A stretch of DNA of 63,202 nucleotides, filler included, from Octopus bimaculoides (Eukaryota), in NCBI RefSeq assembly GCF_001194135.2. It is 8 parts of 8 records of this genome, joined end to end, with 100 filler letters (N's around TTAATTAATTAA, not from the genome) between each part and the next. Parts side by side here need not be neighbours in the genome. Positions count along the whole stretch, not along the records: positions 1 to 22,029 come from NC_068983.1; 7 more parts are not named here. The stretch is one strand, 5' to 3'. Below, one piece after another: positions 1-11,192 of this stretch. Each line of letters starts with the position of its first letter. Positions within the stretch are counted from its first letter, which is position 1. The notes under the pieces are model-generated. The model was not told the DNA's origin, made no database searches, and saw only the letters and a list, made by a program, of their open reading frames with translations. Made by a program: the position numbers and the translations under genes.

Positions 1-52
1 TATATATATAAATATATATATATATATACATGTGTGCGTGTGTGTGTATGGT

Positions 53-91
<39 letters not shown>

Positions 92-406
92 ATTTGATAT
101 AAGAATACCGAATGTGCTCGCAAACATATATCCCGTATTTTGAAGTGATAGCTTAATATCTTACAGAGAACCTATACATGACAAAAACATCTTCCGATCG
201 TTTCATTAACATACAATGAACACCAGTTGCATAATGCAAACAGAATGATTTCATTTTCGCAAATTTGGAGATGTGCAACTTCTATTCTTAATTTTAATAG
301 ATCAGTTTGTGTTACCACCACTGATTCCGCAGCAATAGAGATAACGAAAATGAGATAGACAGAAACAGGAAGATAAGGATATGGATGTGTTTAATATTAT
401 ATATAT

Positions 407-448
<42 letters not shown>

Positions 449-500
449 TTGAGTGCCCTTCTTTCGCTTGTCTACTCACACGCATATATATATGTATATG

Positions 501-543
<43 letters not shown>

Positions 544-1188
544 NNNNNNNNNNNNNNNNNNNNNNNNNNNNNNNNNNNNNNNNNNNNNNNNNNNNNTATA
601 TATATATATATATGCACCACATTCACACGCGTAAACAGCTATCTACATAAACAGACTGAGTAAGAGAGATATGTGCATAAGGACTTAAAATGATTTTAAG
701 GAACATCTTATGAAAATGGAGTATTTTCAGAATTGTTCAGATTCCTCAGGTCTTTTTTTCTGATAATGCAATGGTATAAAGTATGTGAACATTATTTCCT
801 TCATAGTTTTATTAAGATCCGGTAACAAATTATTTATTTCTTAATTATTTAAGCGAAATGTTGCCTTTCTTTAGAAATATGATAACGTATTACGTCTTAG
901 AACTTATTGCGAACACATATTGAAATGAATGAATACATAAAGTTGGCGCTTAAATTAAAGACTAAGAACGAAAACGTTTATGTCTTAGTGGACTGCAGAT
1001 ATCAATATGTATTTATCTATATAATTATATATCTTCCTCACTCGTTCTCTCTCTGTCACTCTCTCTCTCTTTACCCCTTTATCTTCTTGTCGAAATAATG
1101 TGTATTTGATTTATAATGATTTCATTCATATTAGGGGAAATGTGCAATGTTAATTATCATAACTTGTCTGACTTATTAGAATAAGTGT

Positions 1189-1464
1189 GGAAGCGCAATG
1201 GGCCCAGTTGTTAGGGCAGCGGATTCGTGGTCGTTGGATCGTGATTTCGATTCCCAGACCGCGCTTTGTGAGTGTTTATTCCTGTTTCCGTTGTACCTGT
1301 ATTTCAAAAGACCAGCCCAGTGTACGCTGAATCTCCCCCACGAACTACGTTAAGAGTACACGTGTCTGGGTTGTGCTCAGCGACTTGCACGTTAATTTCA
1401 CGTGCAGGCTGTTCCGTTGATCGGATCAACCGGAACCGCCGTCGTCGTAACCGACAGAGTGTCA
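1189..1464 (+). mobile_element. tRNA-headed SINE, family C (internally deleted)
   Basis: A-box-like TGGGCCCAGTTGTTA and B-box-like GATTTCGATTCCC. The 3' part (GTTGTACCTGTATTTCAAA...GTTCCGTTGATCGGATCAACCGGAACC...CCGACAGAGTGTCA) recurs at 40832-41154, 34767-34835 and 57621-57662. Confidence 0.8.
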
Positions 1465-2559
1465 CGATTAAAATAAGTGAAATGGAAGGGAAGCAACTAG
1501 ATTGCTTACCGTACGTTAAATATGAAAATATTATTTATGAGTAGTTTTGCTTTCAGTAAGTACCGTGGTTTACAGCAAATTAAGCATTGAATTAAAATCG
1601 TGGTAAAATCACCTCAAGACGTAACGAAGCAGGACAGCAAAAATTGCGGAAATATCACGATGACTTTGGACATCCATCTTCAACATTTTCTGGTGGAAAG
1701 AGTTCACTTTTCTTTGTACTCACGGTGTATGCCATATGTACAAATCTGTAGGAGTGGATGCTAAAACAGTAAACCGAGATGTTGTCAGAATAATATTAAA
1801 CATGACACTGCATAGAGCGATTGCTTGAACACGTAGAAATATATAGAAACATATATGAAATGTTACCGTTAAAATATAAAATTCAGTTGGTTCATGGAAT
1901 AACTAGGTATTTCATGAATTCTATAAAATAACTAATTAAACTGAAGAATATACGATTTTTATACACTTCAACTGATTCAGACAAGGAATTTCACGAAACA
2001 CCTTGTTATTCCATGACATAACTGAATTATATATTTTAACGGTAACATATACACACACGAATGCCCATAAATACACATATATGTGTATACACACACAAAG
2101 ACACACACACACACACACATATACGCATTTATATACATATATGTATGTAATACAATCAGGTCTTCTCTCCGATATGGTATTTTGATGATAATATTGTTTC
2201 TGTGTACTATGTATATAATAATTTATATTAAAAACTTGTCATATTTTCTTCTTTATCTTTTCTTCTTATTTGGAGCTATACGGTTTCTATGTCAACAAAT
2301 ATTTCAAGTGTTATTGACGTCATCAAATAAGAGTTATGACACATTTTATATATCGTTGACACGGTCTGTCATAAACAGGTGTTAATCCATTGAAATAGCT
2401 GAACTGGAAACGTCCTTGATGGATTATGTTGTAGGAAATACGAAATAAGAAGGTCGTATACGAAATGTTTTCTAAAGAACATTAGGTAGAATCGTGAAGG
2501 TCCATAACCTACATCAGAAAACAAATGAACTATCAGGTTAAATATTCTCAGGCTTTCGT

Positions 2560-2676
2560 TGTAAGAATCTTGTTTCCCTACCACTTTGTTCCAGGAGAGT
2601 GTCTTCTAAAATAGCCTTAGAGCGACCAAAAACCTTGTGAGCGGATTTGGTAGACGGAAGCTGAAAGAGGACGATC

Positions 2677-2710
<34 letters not shown>

Positions 2711-2742
2711 NNNNNNNNNNNNNNNNNNNNNNNNNNNNNNNN

Positions 2743-2796
<54 letters not shown>

Positions 2797-2915
2797 TGAG
2801 TGTCTGTGCCCCCCACCACCACAAGCGCCAGGTCAAAAATATATCGCAGTAGAGTCTAGTGACAAATAAAATCAAGGTGCTGCTCCAGTTTGGCACCAGT
2901 CCCTGGATTGAAAGA
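2560..2915 (+). mobile_element. SINE family A, diverged copy spanning a gap
   Basis: GTGTCTTCTAAAATAGCC...GATTTGGTAGACGGAAGCTGAAAG, then the (TA)/(TG) tract and a degenerate GCTCCAG...TGAAAG tail; aligns by eye to 6392-6808. Confidence 0.75.
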
Positions 2916-3264
2916 AAGATGACAAAAGATAAACATGGTAGTGTTTAGCTTTATGATAAAATATATTACACCTTAACCAAGGATATAATAATTTCTCTTC
3001 AATTCTTCTTCAGATCATGGGGCAATTTACGGAATCAATATACTGTATTTATTACCCACATAAATCTACTGTACTAATTATGAACGCGTTATAAATATCC
3101 ATATATCAATCAGAAATTAACAGAGCGACATACATATGAAATAAAATCGGAATGTTTGTAGGTTTTCTTGAGTTAAACAATTTAAAACAGGATATAACGA
3201 ACTCGCTCGAAAGTTATTTTTGGAATGTATTAGAAAAATGGATTGATATTTAATTCATATTTAA

Positions 3265-3420
3265 GGCAAGAAACTAGCAAAACCATTAACACTCTGGATA
3301 AAATACTTAGTGGAATTTCATCCGTCTTTACGTTCTGAGGTCAAATCCGCCAAGGTTGGCTCTGACTTTCACCCCTTTCGGTGTCGATAGAATAGATATC
3401 AGTTGAGGACTGGGATAATC
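3265..3420 (+). mobile_element. SINE family B, diverged
   Basis: CTTTACGTTCTGAGGTCAAATCCGCC...CCTTTCGGTGTCGATAGAATAG matches the copies at 8704 and 62599. Confidence 0.75.
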
Positions 3421-3972
3421 AATGATGCCATGCGCAATGCTGAAATGTAAGAGTGCTACAGCAGCTTTAGATATGGCTACACCTCAGTGCAGAGCGAAAG
3501 ACGCTCAAGCAAGTTATCCACATGTCGAAACGTGTTGCCGATTGAGAAGGTTCCACAAATAGCCATGAAAGTCCGCCTTGTAAGAATCTAGGAAACTTCT
3601 CAAAGTATCAATGTATTCCATTTTAACGAATGATTCGTTCATGCGGAAAGTGTCGGTGAAGCTCATCCCCAAGTTGCTACTGAAAAGCAGAAGCAACACT
3701 GCATGAAAATTGCTTAGGATACGTGGGATTGTGCAACTCACGACCCAGACTTCATGAAAGTCATCATCACTGGTGATGAGCCATCGGGTTAATGTCTCTG
3801 CTCGATGCGATCGGACATCTTACGTGAGAGCAAAATCTGGGTGCACAGAAAACGCCAATATTCTAGGCGGCGTAACAACCGTAAACTGTCGCGGCTCGAA
3901 AACATTTTAACTCATGTGCAGTAGATTTAACGGGAAAAATTAAAATCTGATACTTTTTGAACGCACCTCGTA
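3421..3972 (+). mobile_element. mariner-type DNA transposon remnant (5' end lost, 3' terminus retained)
   Basis: Frameshifted translation gives MRKVSVKLIPKLL...DPDFMKVIITGDE (first catalytic Asp motif TGDE). Ends in ...TACTTTTTGAACGCACCTCG-TA, typical of a mariner terminus plus TA. Confidence 0.8.
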
Positions 3973-4469
3973 TTTTGTTTTTGAGAGTGATTTTCTAACT
4001 TAAAAACGAAAACATCAAAACAAATATATTTATCTTTATCAGGGAAAATGAGGATGGATAGCACAGCACAATAATTTTATATCTCACCAATCCTACTGTC
4101 TCCAGATAACGAGATATTGATATTGTTATACCTAGGAAAAATCTGGATTAAGCATAAAATTTTGACGGAGATAAAATTAAAATTCCGTAAATGACAAATA
4201 TCTTATTAATATAATACAAAATGAAGATGTTGCCACACTAAAGAATGTTACCTTCACTTACGCATTACCTCTGTAATGGGTTCATTTTCAAAACTATCTC
4301 AGGTGTATCGGGAAGGTGTTACAAACGACCTGATCTTATAACTCGAGGTTCAATAACACGACAGTAGCATAATATCAATTTCTGACTTCATGAGGAGAAT
4401 GTGCACCCACCAGGGTTATCTGCCACTATCGACATGACGAATAATTTTATGAACTACTATAAACGGGCA

Positions 4470-4660
4470 GAACCTCTGGCACAACTGACAAAATGTTTAG
4501 CCAGCTTTTGTCCGTCTTTAGCTTCTATGATCAAAATCATTTTAGGTCAATTTTGATTGTTCCTCATTTTGGGATCGATAAATTGAGTATCAGTTGAACT
4601 CTGGGGTCGATACAATCGACGAGCCATCTATGCTCAACAAATTTCAGATCTCGTGCCTAT
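4470..4660 (+). mobile_element. SINE family B, diverged
   Basis: GGGATCGATAAATTGAGTATCAGTTGAACTCTGGGGTCGATACAATCGAC module and ...TCTCGTGCCTA tail. Confidence 0.7.
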
Positions 4661-4930
4661 TTATAATAAAGTACATAAAATATATAACACGTGAAGGAGC
4701 ATAAATTAAAATACAATACACAAATAAGCAGGAGATACGTAGAGTCCAATTGCATTATTTAGAAAGTATAGCCTAGAAGAGAATATTAGAGACCTAAAGA
4801 GAATATGTAATATAAATAAGGAAAATAAGAAAAAGAAAATTGTGGAATGTTATCTTAAATAGTTATTTCTGGTTATTTACAAAAGGACGTAAGAAAATGA
4901 AAATAGTGATGAGAATGAAACAATTTCTTC

Positions 4931-5252
4931 TTAAGATATCTTGAACAGGAAGTAAGGGTACAAACATGGCTTCACCGAAACTGCTTGTAATTCCTTTTCA
5001 CATAGATGTAGTATAATTAACGAAGTATAGATTGAATGCACGTGATATACACATTTTTGACAAACCGAATTCAATTTTGGTATGAAGAAGCCTTGCAAGT
5101 CTAAATGTTGCAAATTCTTGTAACCTTCAAAAGAAAAATTAATTCTTCCACGATCCAGCATCGTCATTCAGTGAACGGAGTGTCGCATCAAAGCGTACGT
5201 CACGGTACCATATGTGCTTTTACGTACGCATATATGTATGTGCAGACACACA

Positions 5253-5298
<46 letters not shown>

Positions 5299-6260
5299 TA
5301 CACACACATACATACACATACACACACACATACACACACACAGAGAAGCACAGCACATACACACATACGAACACTGATATTTCTGTGTAAGGACACGTGA
5401 TTTCACACTCATGCATTCGGCCCCACACGTATATGTGATTATTCTGTATTGAAACAATGTCAAGATTTCTTAACTGAGCTTTAGAAAATTTGGAAAGGAG
5501 ATGAAATTTGCTACTATGTTGTATAGAACAACGAATTTACTTGCGTAAACAAAGAAGACATGGAGAAATTAAAATTAAAAGTAGAGAAAATGAATGTTGT
5601 CACGGATTAGTTGCTCTGCAGGTCTTGTAGTGCGATGTATTGTGAAATTAAAAGGGGTTTTCTTTTGGTTTTGAGTTAAAATTCTCCGTCTAATATAGTG
5701 TTATTCTTAATAATAACTTGGTACAGTTTGTAGACGTTGAGTGATGTTACCGTGAACATCCTGCATTGCATAATGTTTGGAACCTAGAATGTTATGTTCA
5801 GATAACAAAGCATGCTTCCTTTAATTCTGTGTAGCGGTTCTACGGCTTTTCTGGAAAGTAGCGCTAAATATTTCACAATGTAAATTTTTGATTGATATCT
5901 CGTATTTCAGTGGCATCTGAACATTGGTTTCAACTGAAATACCTTCTTTACAAACTATGTCACCGACGCCATGTTCTAATGTATAACACGTTGGTAGATA
6001 TATGACACCTACCTCGTGTCGCTAAATATAATCTTCTTGCTGTTTTGTGCTAAATCCATCTATAATGTTATTTTTAAAGAATATGTCAGTTTGCAAGTGG
6101 AATGTTCGAGGAGGAATACTGGATCAACGACATAGTGTTCTATTGAAGATGAGATCTTTGTACGGTGTGAGAAAAGATTCAAATAGAAAACTAGGAAACA
6201 TTGTACGTTTCTCTTAATTTCAGTTTGGATGCATTTAGATGTTTTTAATATTTTATAACA
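4931..6260 (-). pseudogene. possible decayed leucine-rich-repeat coding segment
   Basis: Minus-strand frames give FEGYKNLQHLDLQG, SLIILHLCEKELQAV and LRNLDIVSIQNNHI (fits LxxLxxLxLxxNxL), broken by stops, frameshifts and a (CA)n tract. AT-rich DNA can mimic LRRs. Confidence 0.3.
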
Positions 6261-6391
6261 CCATTATTTCATAGAACAAAGTTATCGTGCACAAGTTAAT
6301 ATGACAGCTTAGATGACGAATGAAATCTTATTTAAGGCAATTCGCAATAAAACCACTAGGAATATTAACAATTTTATAATATAATATAATA

Positions 6392-6808
6392 GGTGCAGGA
6401 GTGGCTGTGTGGTAAGTAGCTTGCTTACCAACCACATGGTTCTGGGTTCAGTCCCACTGCGTGGCACCTTGGGCAAGTGTCTTCTACTATAGCCTCGGGC
6501 CGACCAAAGACTTGTGAGTGGATTTGGTAGACGGAAACTGAAAGAAGCCCGTCATATATATGTATATATATATATGTATATGTTTGGGTGTCTCTATTTG
6601 TCCCCCTCCCCCTACATCACTTGACAACCGGTGCTGGTGCGTTTACGTCCCCGTAACTTAGCGGTTCGGCAAAGGAGACCGATAGAATAAGTACTAGGCT
6701 TCTAAAGAATAAGACCTGGGGTAGATTTTCTCGACTTAATGCGGTGCTCCAGCATGGCCGCAGTCAAATGACTGAAACAAATGAAAGGGGAAAAGAGTAA
6801 AAGGAGTA
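6392..6808 (+). mobile_element. SINE family A, full-length reference copy (tRNA head, CORE-like segment, internal microsatellite, LINE-like tail)
   Basis: A box TGGCTGTGTGG, B box GGTTCAGTCCC, CORE-like GGCACCTTGGGCAAGTGTCTT, (TA)/(TG) tract, tail GCGGTGCTCCAGCATGGCCGCAGTCAAATGACTGAAAC plus AAAAGAGT repeats. Candidate TSD TAATATAATATAA at 6377-6389 and 6807-6819. Confidence 0.92.
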
Positions 6809-6984
6809 ATATAATATAACCATTTTCTGAATTCAGTCACTTTTTTACAAGTACCCAATACCATACAAATATGGAAAATTGAAGCTAAAAAGTGTAACTC
6901 CATAAGATTAAAGAATGTAGATATATGTATACTAGTGTCTGGGGTTCGAGAAAAGAGGTTCTGCAACTTGTTCTTGTACTGTCC

Positions 6985-7222
6985 GATCAGATGATTTCTT
7001 TATACTGATTTCATATTTGGGCTGTACATTAACTCATTTCGTCCATCGAAGCAACATTACCTGTTCAGGTGCTCAGTGTGCCACATGTCAGTTGTCAAAG
7101 TGATCACTGAGCAACGTGAGATTAAATGTCTCCTTCAAGGACACAGCACACAATCTGGTCCGGGAATCGAACCCATATCTCAGCGAACGTGAGCGCAGCA
7201 CTTACAAATTAAGCCATACGGC
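6985..7222 (-). mobile_element. tRNA-headed SINE, family E
   Basis: Reverse strand has B box GGTTCGATTCCC, then GTGTCCTTGAAGGAGACATT...TCACGTTGCTC; the tail matches 41350-41570. Confidence 0.75.
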
Positions 7223-7404
7223 ATCAGATTCAAACAAATAGTAATAGGGAAGTTACAAGAGAAAAAATGCTATTCGTTTTCTGAGATTATTTTAATTGCT
7301 TCACCAATTTAGATACACTGACATTGTAGTTAAATTTTGTATGTATGTACGTACACATGTATATATGCATGCATGCATATATACATATACATAATATACA
7401 TATG

Positions 7405-7450
<46 letters not shown>

Positions 7451-8271
7451 TATAGATGCACACATAAACACTCACACGCACATGTACACATATATATGCC
7501 TGTGTTCAGTAGTACGTGTGTGTGTATATATATTAAGATATATAAATATAAGTAATCTTTTCTGTACTTTGAAGTTTTATTCTCTATTCTATATTTTATT
7601 ATATGTTCCAAACGATGTACCTACCTACTAAATCTTGTATAACATGACGTTGAATTCTTCCCAACACTTTTGCGTTTCGCAATTTGGATAAATTTATGTG
7701 AGGTACGTTGTGCAAATGCGTAAAGTGTAGCTGCTTGAAAATTTTCAACCTACCAATCATAGGGCAGCGATCACACCGTTTAGTGTCAGCGCCTACAATT
7801 TCCTTCAACAATGTCTTTCATATCAAGTTACAATTTTCCATATCAACATCTATTTTCACAGCTTTTACAAGTCAATTAAAATCAATCGTATTAAAAAAAA
7901 ATGGTGGTGTATTATTAAAGAGTCACTTCAATATTTCTACTTCTTGGCGTCCCTTTGATTGTGTTTCAATCTTTGTGGTTTCCACATTCACATTAAGAAA
8001 TAGATTGGCTCCATGTTTTGTATGATATAATTAATTTTTTTTGCATTCATAATGGGCTACTTTCTCTAATTTGCTCAGATAATTATAGCCCTGATTAAGA
8101 TGCCTTTTGATTGAAGTCAATCAAAGTTAACACAATTTGATCCTGTGTCAGCTAAAATGTTTGATTCTGCGATTTCTGCAAGCTACTTTGGAAAATATGC
8201 ACGTTGCAGTTAACTGGAAGGATTAGGTGACGGATAATCTGACAGTCTCCGAGCTGAGAGGTGAATCAATA

Positions 8272-8480
8272 CTAGTTCGAATTTTAGCACAAGGCTGGAG
8301 ATTGTAGGTAGAAGTGCATAATAGTTACTGTAATCTCGGACATTTACTGGTACATTATGTTTTCGCTCCAGGAAAGGTTGAAAGTCAAAGGTGACCTAGG
8401 CGCTATCTGAACTCAGAAAGTAAAGTATCGGAATAAAATATCTTGTCCATTTTGTCCGACACACTAATGTTTTGCTAGAT
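8272..8480 (-). mobile_element. SINE family B, diverged
   Basis: TGAACTCAGAAAGTAAAG and GAAAGGTTGAAAGTCAAAGGTGACCTAGGCG are the reverse complement of the family B body. Confidence 0.65.
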
Positions 8481-8703
8481 CACAGACTTAAGAAGCGCTT
8501 TCTATAGTAATCAATTAATGATATGCAATGCATCACGCTCTCACAGTGATTGACTCAAATGATGTGGAGTTTGAAATATAAATGATGTAAATGTTTTTTT
8601 TTTTCGTTATATATATATAACGAGATAGTATCAGACATTTCGGAGCAGCAAACGCTAAATAGAGGTATACTCTATTACTTTTTTGATATATCTAATATAT
8701 TAA

Positions 8704-8920
8704 AGGCGGCGAGTGGCAGAAACGTTAACATACCGAGCGAAATGCTTAGCGGTATTTCGTATGTCTTTACGTTCTGAGTTCAAATTCCGTCGAGGTCAAC
8801 TTTGCCTTTCATCATTTCGGGATCGATAAATTAAGTACCCGCTGCGTAGCAGGGTCGATCTAATTTACTGGCTCCCTCCCCCAAAAATTTCGAGTCTTGT
8901 GCCTAGAGTAGAAAATATTA
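8704..8920 (+). mobile_element. SINE family B, full-length reference copy
   Basis: GGCGGCGAGTGGCAGAAACGTTA head, B box GAGTTCAAATTCC, TTTGCCTTTCATCATTTCGGGATCGATAAATTAAGTACC, tail CCCCAAAAATTTCGAGTCTTGTGCCTAGAGTAGAAAA. Confidence 0.9.
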
Positions 8921-10369
8921 TGCTGGATCGAGAGGTACACTATTCCTTTTTGATATATCTAATATATTTAAGGATGATAATGCTCTTAAATTCTATGATT
9001 AATGCATCGAATTTAATTAATGTTTGACCCCGCATGTACAAGTCACACTTGTTACAGTAATAATAAATAACAACGTATATGGATTGCTGTGGAGAATTTA
9101 TTTAGCCTGTTTCGGTTTCTTCAGAGAGGTTTAAGAATAATGCGCCTGAATTTCTTTAGTCTCTATTTTCCTTAACATATGCATACCTGTGGAAGTGTGT
9201 GAATGTGTGTATATATGTGTGTGTAGGTTTGTATGTGTGTGTGTGTGTTGGGGGGGAGTTCGTGTGTGCGCATGTGAGTGTCTTTGTATGCGTGCCTACC
9301 TGTGTTAATCAGCGAAATAGAGACAATTTGCTCTGTGGAAGTGAAGGCTATATGCACGCGCGTGTGTGTGTGTGTACGTGTGTGTGTATGTGTGTACGTG
9401 TGTGTGTATGTGTGTGTATATGTATATGTGTGTGTGTGTGTGTGTGTATGTGCGTGTGTCTATGTGTGTGTGACACAGAAATTTGCTTTTTAAGGCAAGG
9501 AAAATTGAAACACATGAATAATACATGCATTACTCAGTCAAGCATAATGCGATACTGTACATAGGAATGCAAATGAAAAAAGCAAAATTGAATTAAAATA
9601 AAAATGGAAGAAAATGCACAAGTAGGAAACAGAATAGGCGAAAGCTTTGGATGCAAACCGCTTTTTTTTTTTTTAAGGAAAATGCCAGTAGAAGCAATAG
9701 AAAACATGATTCGAAATCTAGAACAGCTGTTTAGCTGGCCACCTTTGTCTAAAATGTATGTTAGGAGTAGATTTAGAACGACCGACAGTGGAATTACATT
9801 AAGAAAAAAAGGGAAAACAAAGAAAAGATAAGTATGGAAGAGTAGGAGGGTGAGATAAACAAAAGGTGGGAGAAGAACTAGCAAAGCGTGGAAAATAAGA
9901 GCTGGAATTTGGAGATCTCGTCGCCAATGAATTCCATCGTGTCCGCTGGACTTTGCATTTTATTGTTATATTTACATCTTGTTCTATGTTAAATCTTACC
10001 AAAAGTGCATAGATGAAAGGAAGATATTTATCTATTCATGTACCGGAAATTCTTGGAATATTTTGCATATATAAATGGTGGAGAACCAACCTGTGATGTG
10101 GCAATACCATGTCCTAAATTCAGTAAGTCCATTGAAAGGTTCCGAAAATTCATGAATTTCCAATCTACTTGTAACATATATTTTACTCAAAGGCTGCCAG
10201 GTAAAAGTTTTAAATTTGGAATTGTTTTCTATTGCTTCTACTCGCCTTTTTTTTTCAAACAGGTATCATCCAAAGTCTTCACCTCTTCTCCTCACATGTG
10301 TAGTTGATTTCATTTTTATCGTATTTCAAGTGCAAGAAGTTCTAACGAGGAATAGGGCGCTATGACTCA

Positions 10370-10380
10370 CTCACTCTCTT

Positions 10381-10478
<98 letters not shown>

Positions 10479-10500
10479 TCTCTCTCTATCTATCTCTCTG
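10370..10500. repeat. (CT)n microsatellite
   Basis: Direct reading. Confidence 0.98.
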
Positions 10501-11011
10501 GTGTTTCACAATGTTTATTAACCCAAAGTTGGAGCCCTGATTTGTGCTACTACTACTATATCAGAATATACAAAGAAACCAGACTAGCTAAAAGGTGGAT
10601 CCACACTGCTGAAAAAAAAAAACCGAACTCCCGAACCTGGCCCTCACTACCGGATGAAGTTTAAAGTAATACACAGTACACACGCACATCCGTCCGTCCA
10701 TCCATCAATCCATCCCATCCATCCATCCATCAATCCATCCATACATGCATACATACATACATGTGTGTGCGCGTGCGCGCGCACGTGTGAATGTGTGTGT
10801 GTGTGTGTATGAATGCATGTATATATCAATCTCCATATTATTGCTTGGATCTTATATCTATTAACACTCTGTTGAATATATATTTTCTGTTTATCTGTGC
10901 GACATGTAGAAACTTGAACATCAATTGAGATTTTACTGATATGGGAAAGATATAAGAACTTTACATTATATATATATATTATACACACACATATATATGT
11001 ATGTATGTTTG

Positions 11012-11075
<64 letters not shown>

Positions 11076-11109
11076 CATACATGTGTGTGTGTCTATGTAT
11101 GTGCTTTTG

Positions 11110-11192
11110 TGTCGATTTGGTCGACTAAAACCCTGCATGGCGGTAGCCCACCACAGCCGCTGCCAAATGATTGAAGCAAGTAAAAGATAAAT
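11110..11192 (+). mobile_element. SINE family A, 3' tail fragment
   Basis: GTCGATTTGGTCGACTAAAA...CAAATGATTGAAGCAAGTAAAAGA. Confidence 0.65.

Noticed and set aside
2369-2584. 71-aa minus-strand ORF with an internal acceptor-like site
   Set aside because: No recognisable domain or good donor, and its 5' part overlaps a SINE remnant.
4250-4340. Minus-strand donor sites (GTAAGT, GTAATG) suggesting an exon
   Set aside because: All three frames from the nearest acceptor contain stops.
6392-6470. tRNA gene calls at SINE heads
   Set aside because: A and B boxes are present, but there is no complete cloverleaf and each continues into a multi-copy SINE body.
7599-8025. Overlapping ORFs in unique sequence, considered as a transposase or helicase relic
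   Set aside because: No motif recognised on either strand.
10000-10090. Minus-strand acceptor/donor pair
   Set aside because: Stops in all three frames.
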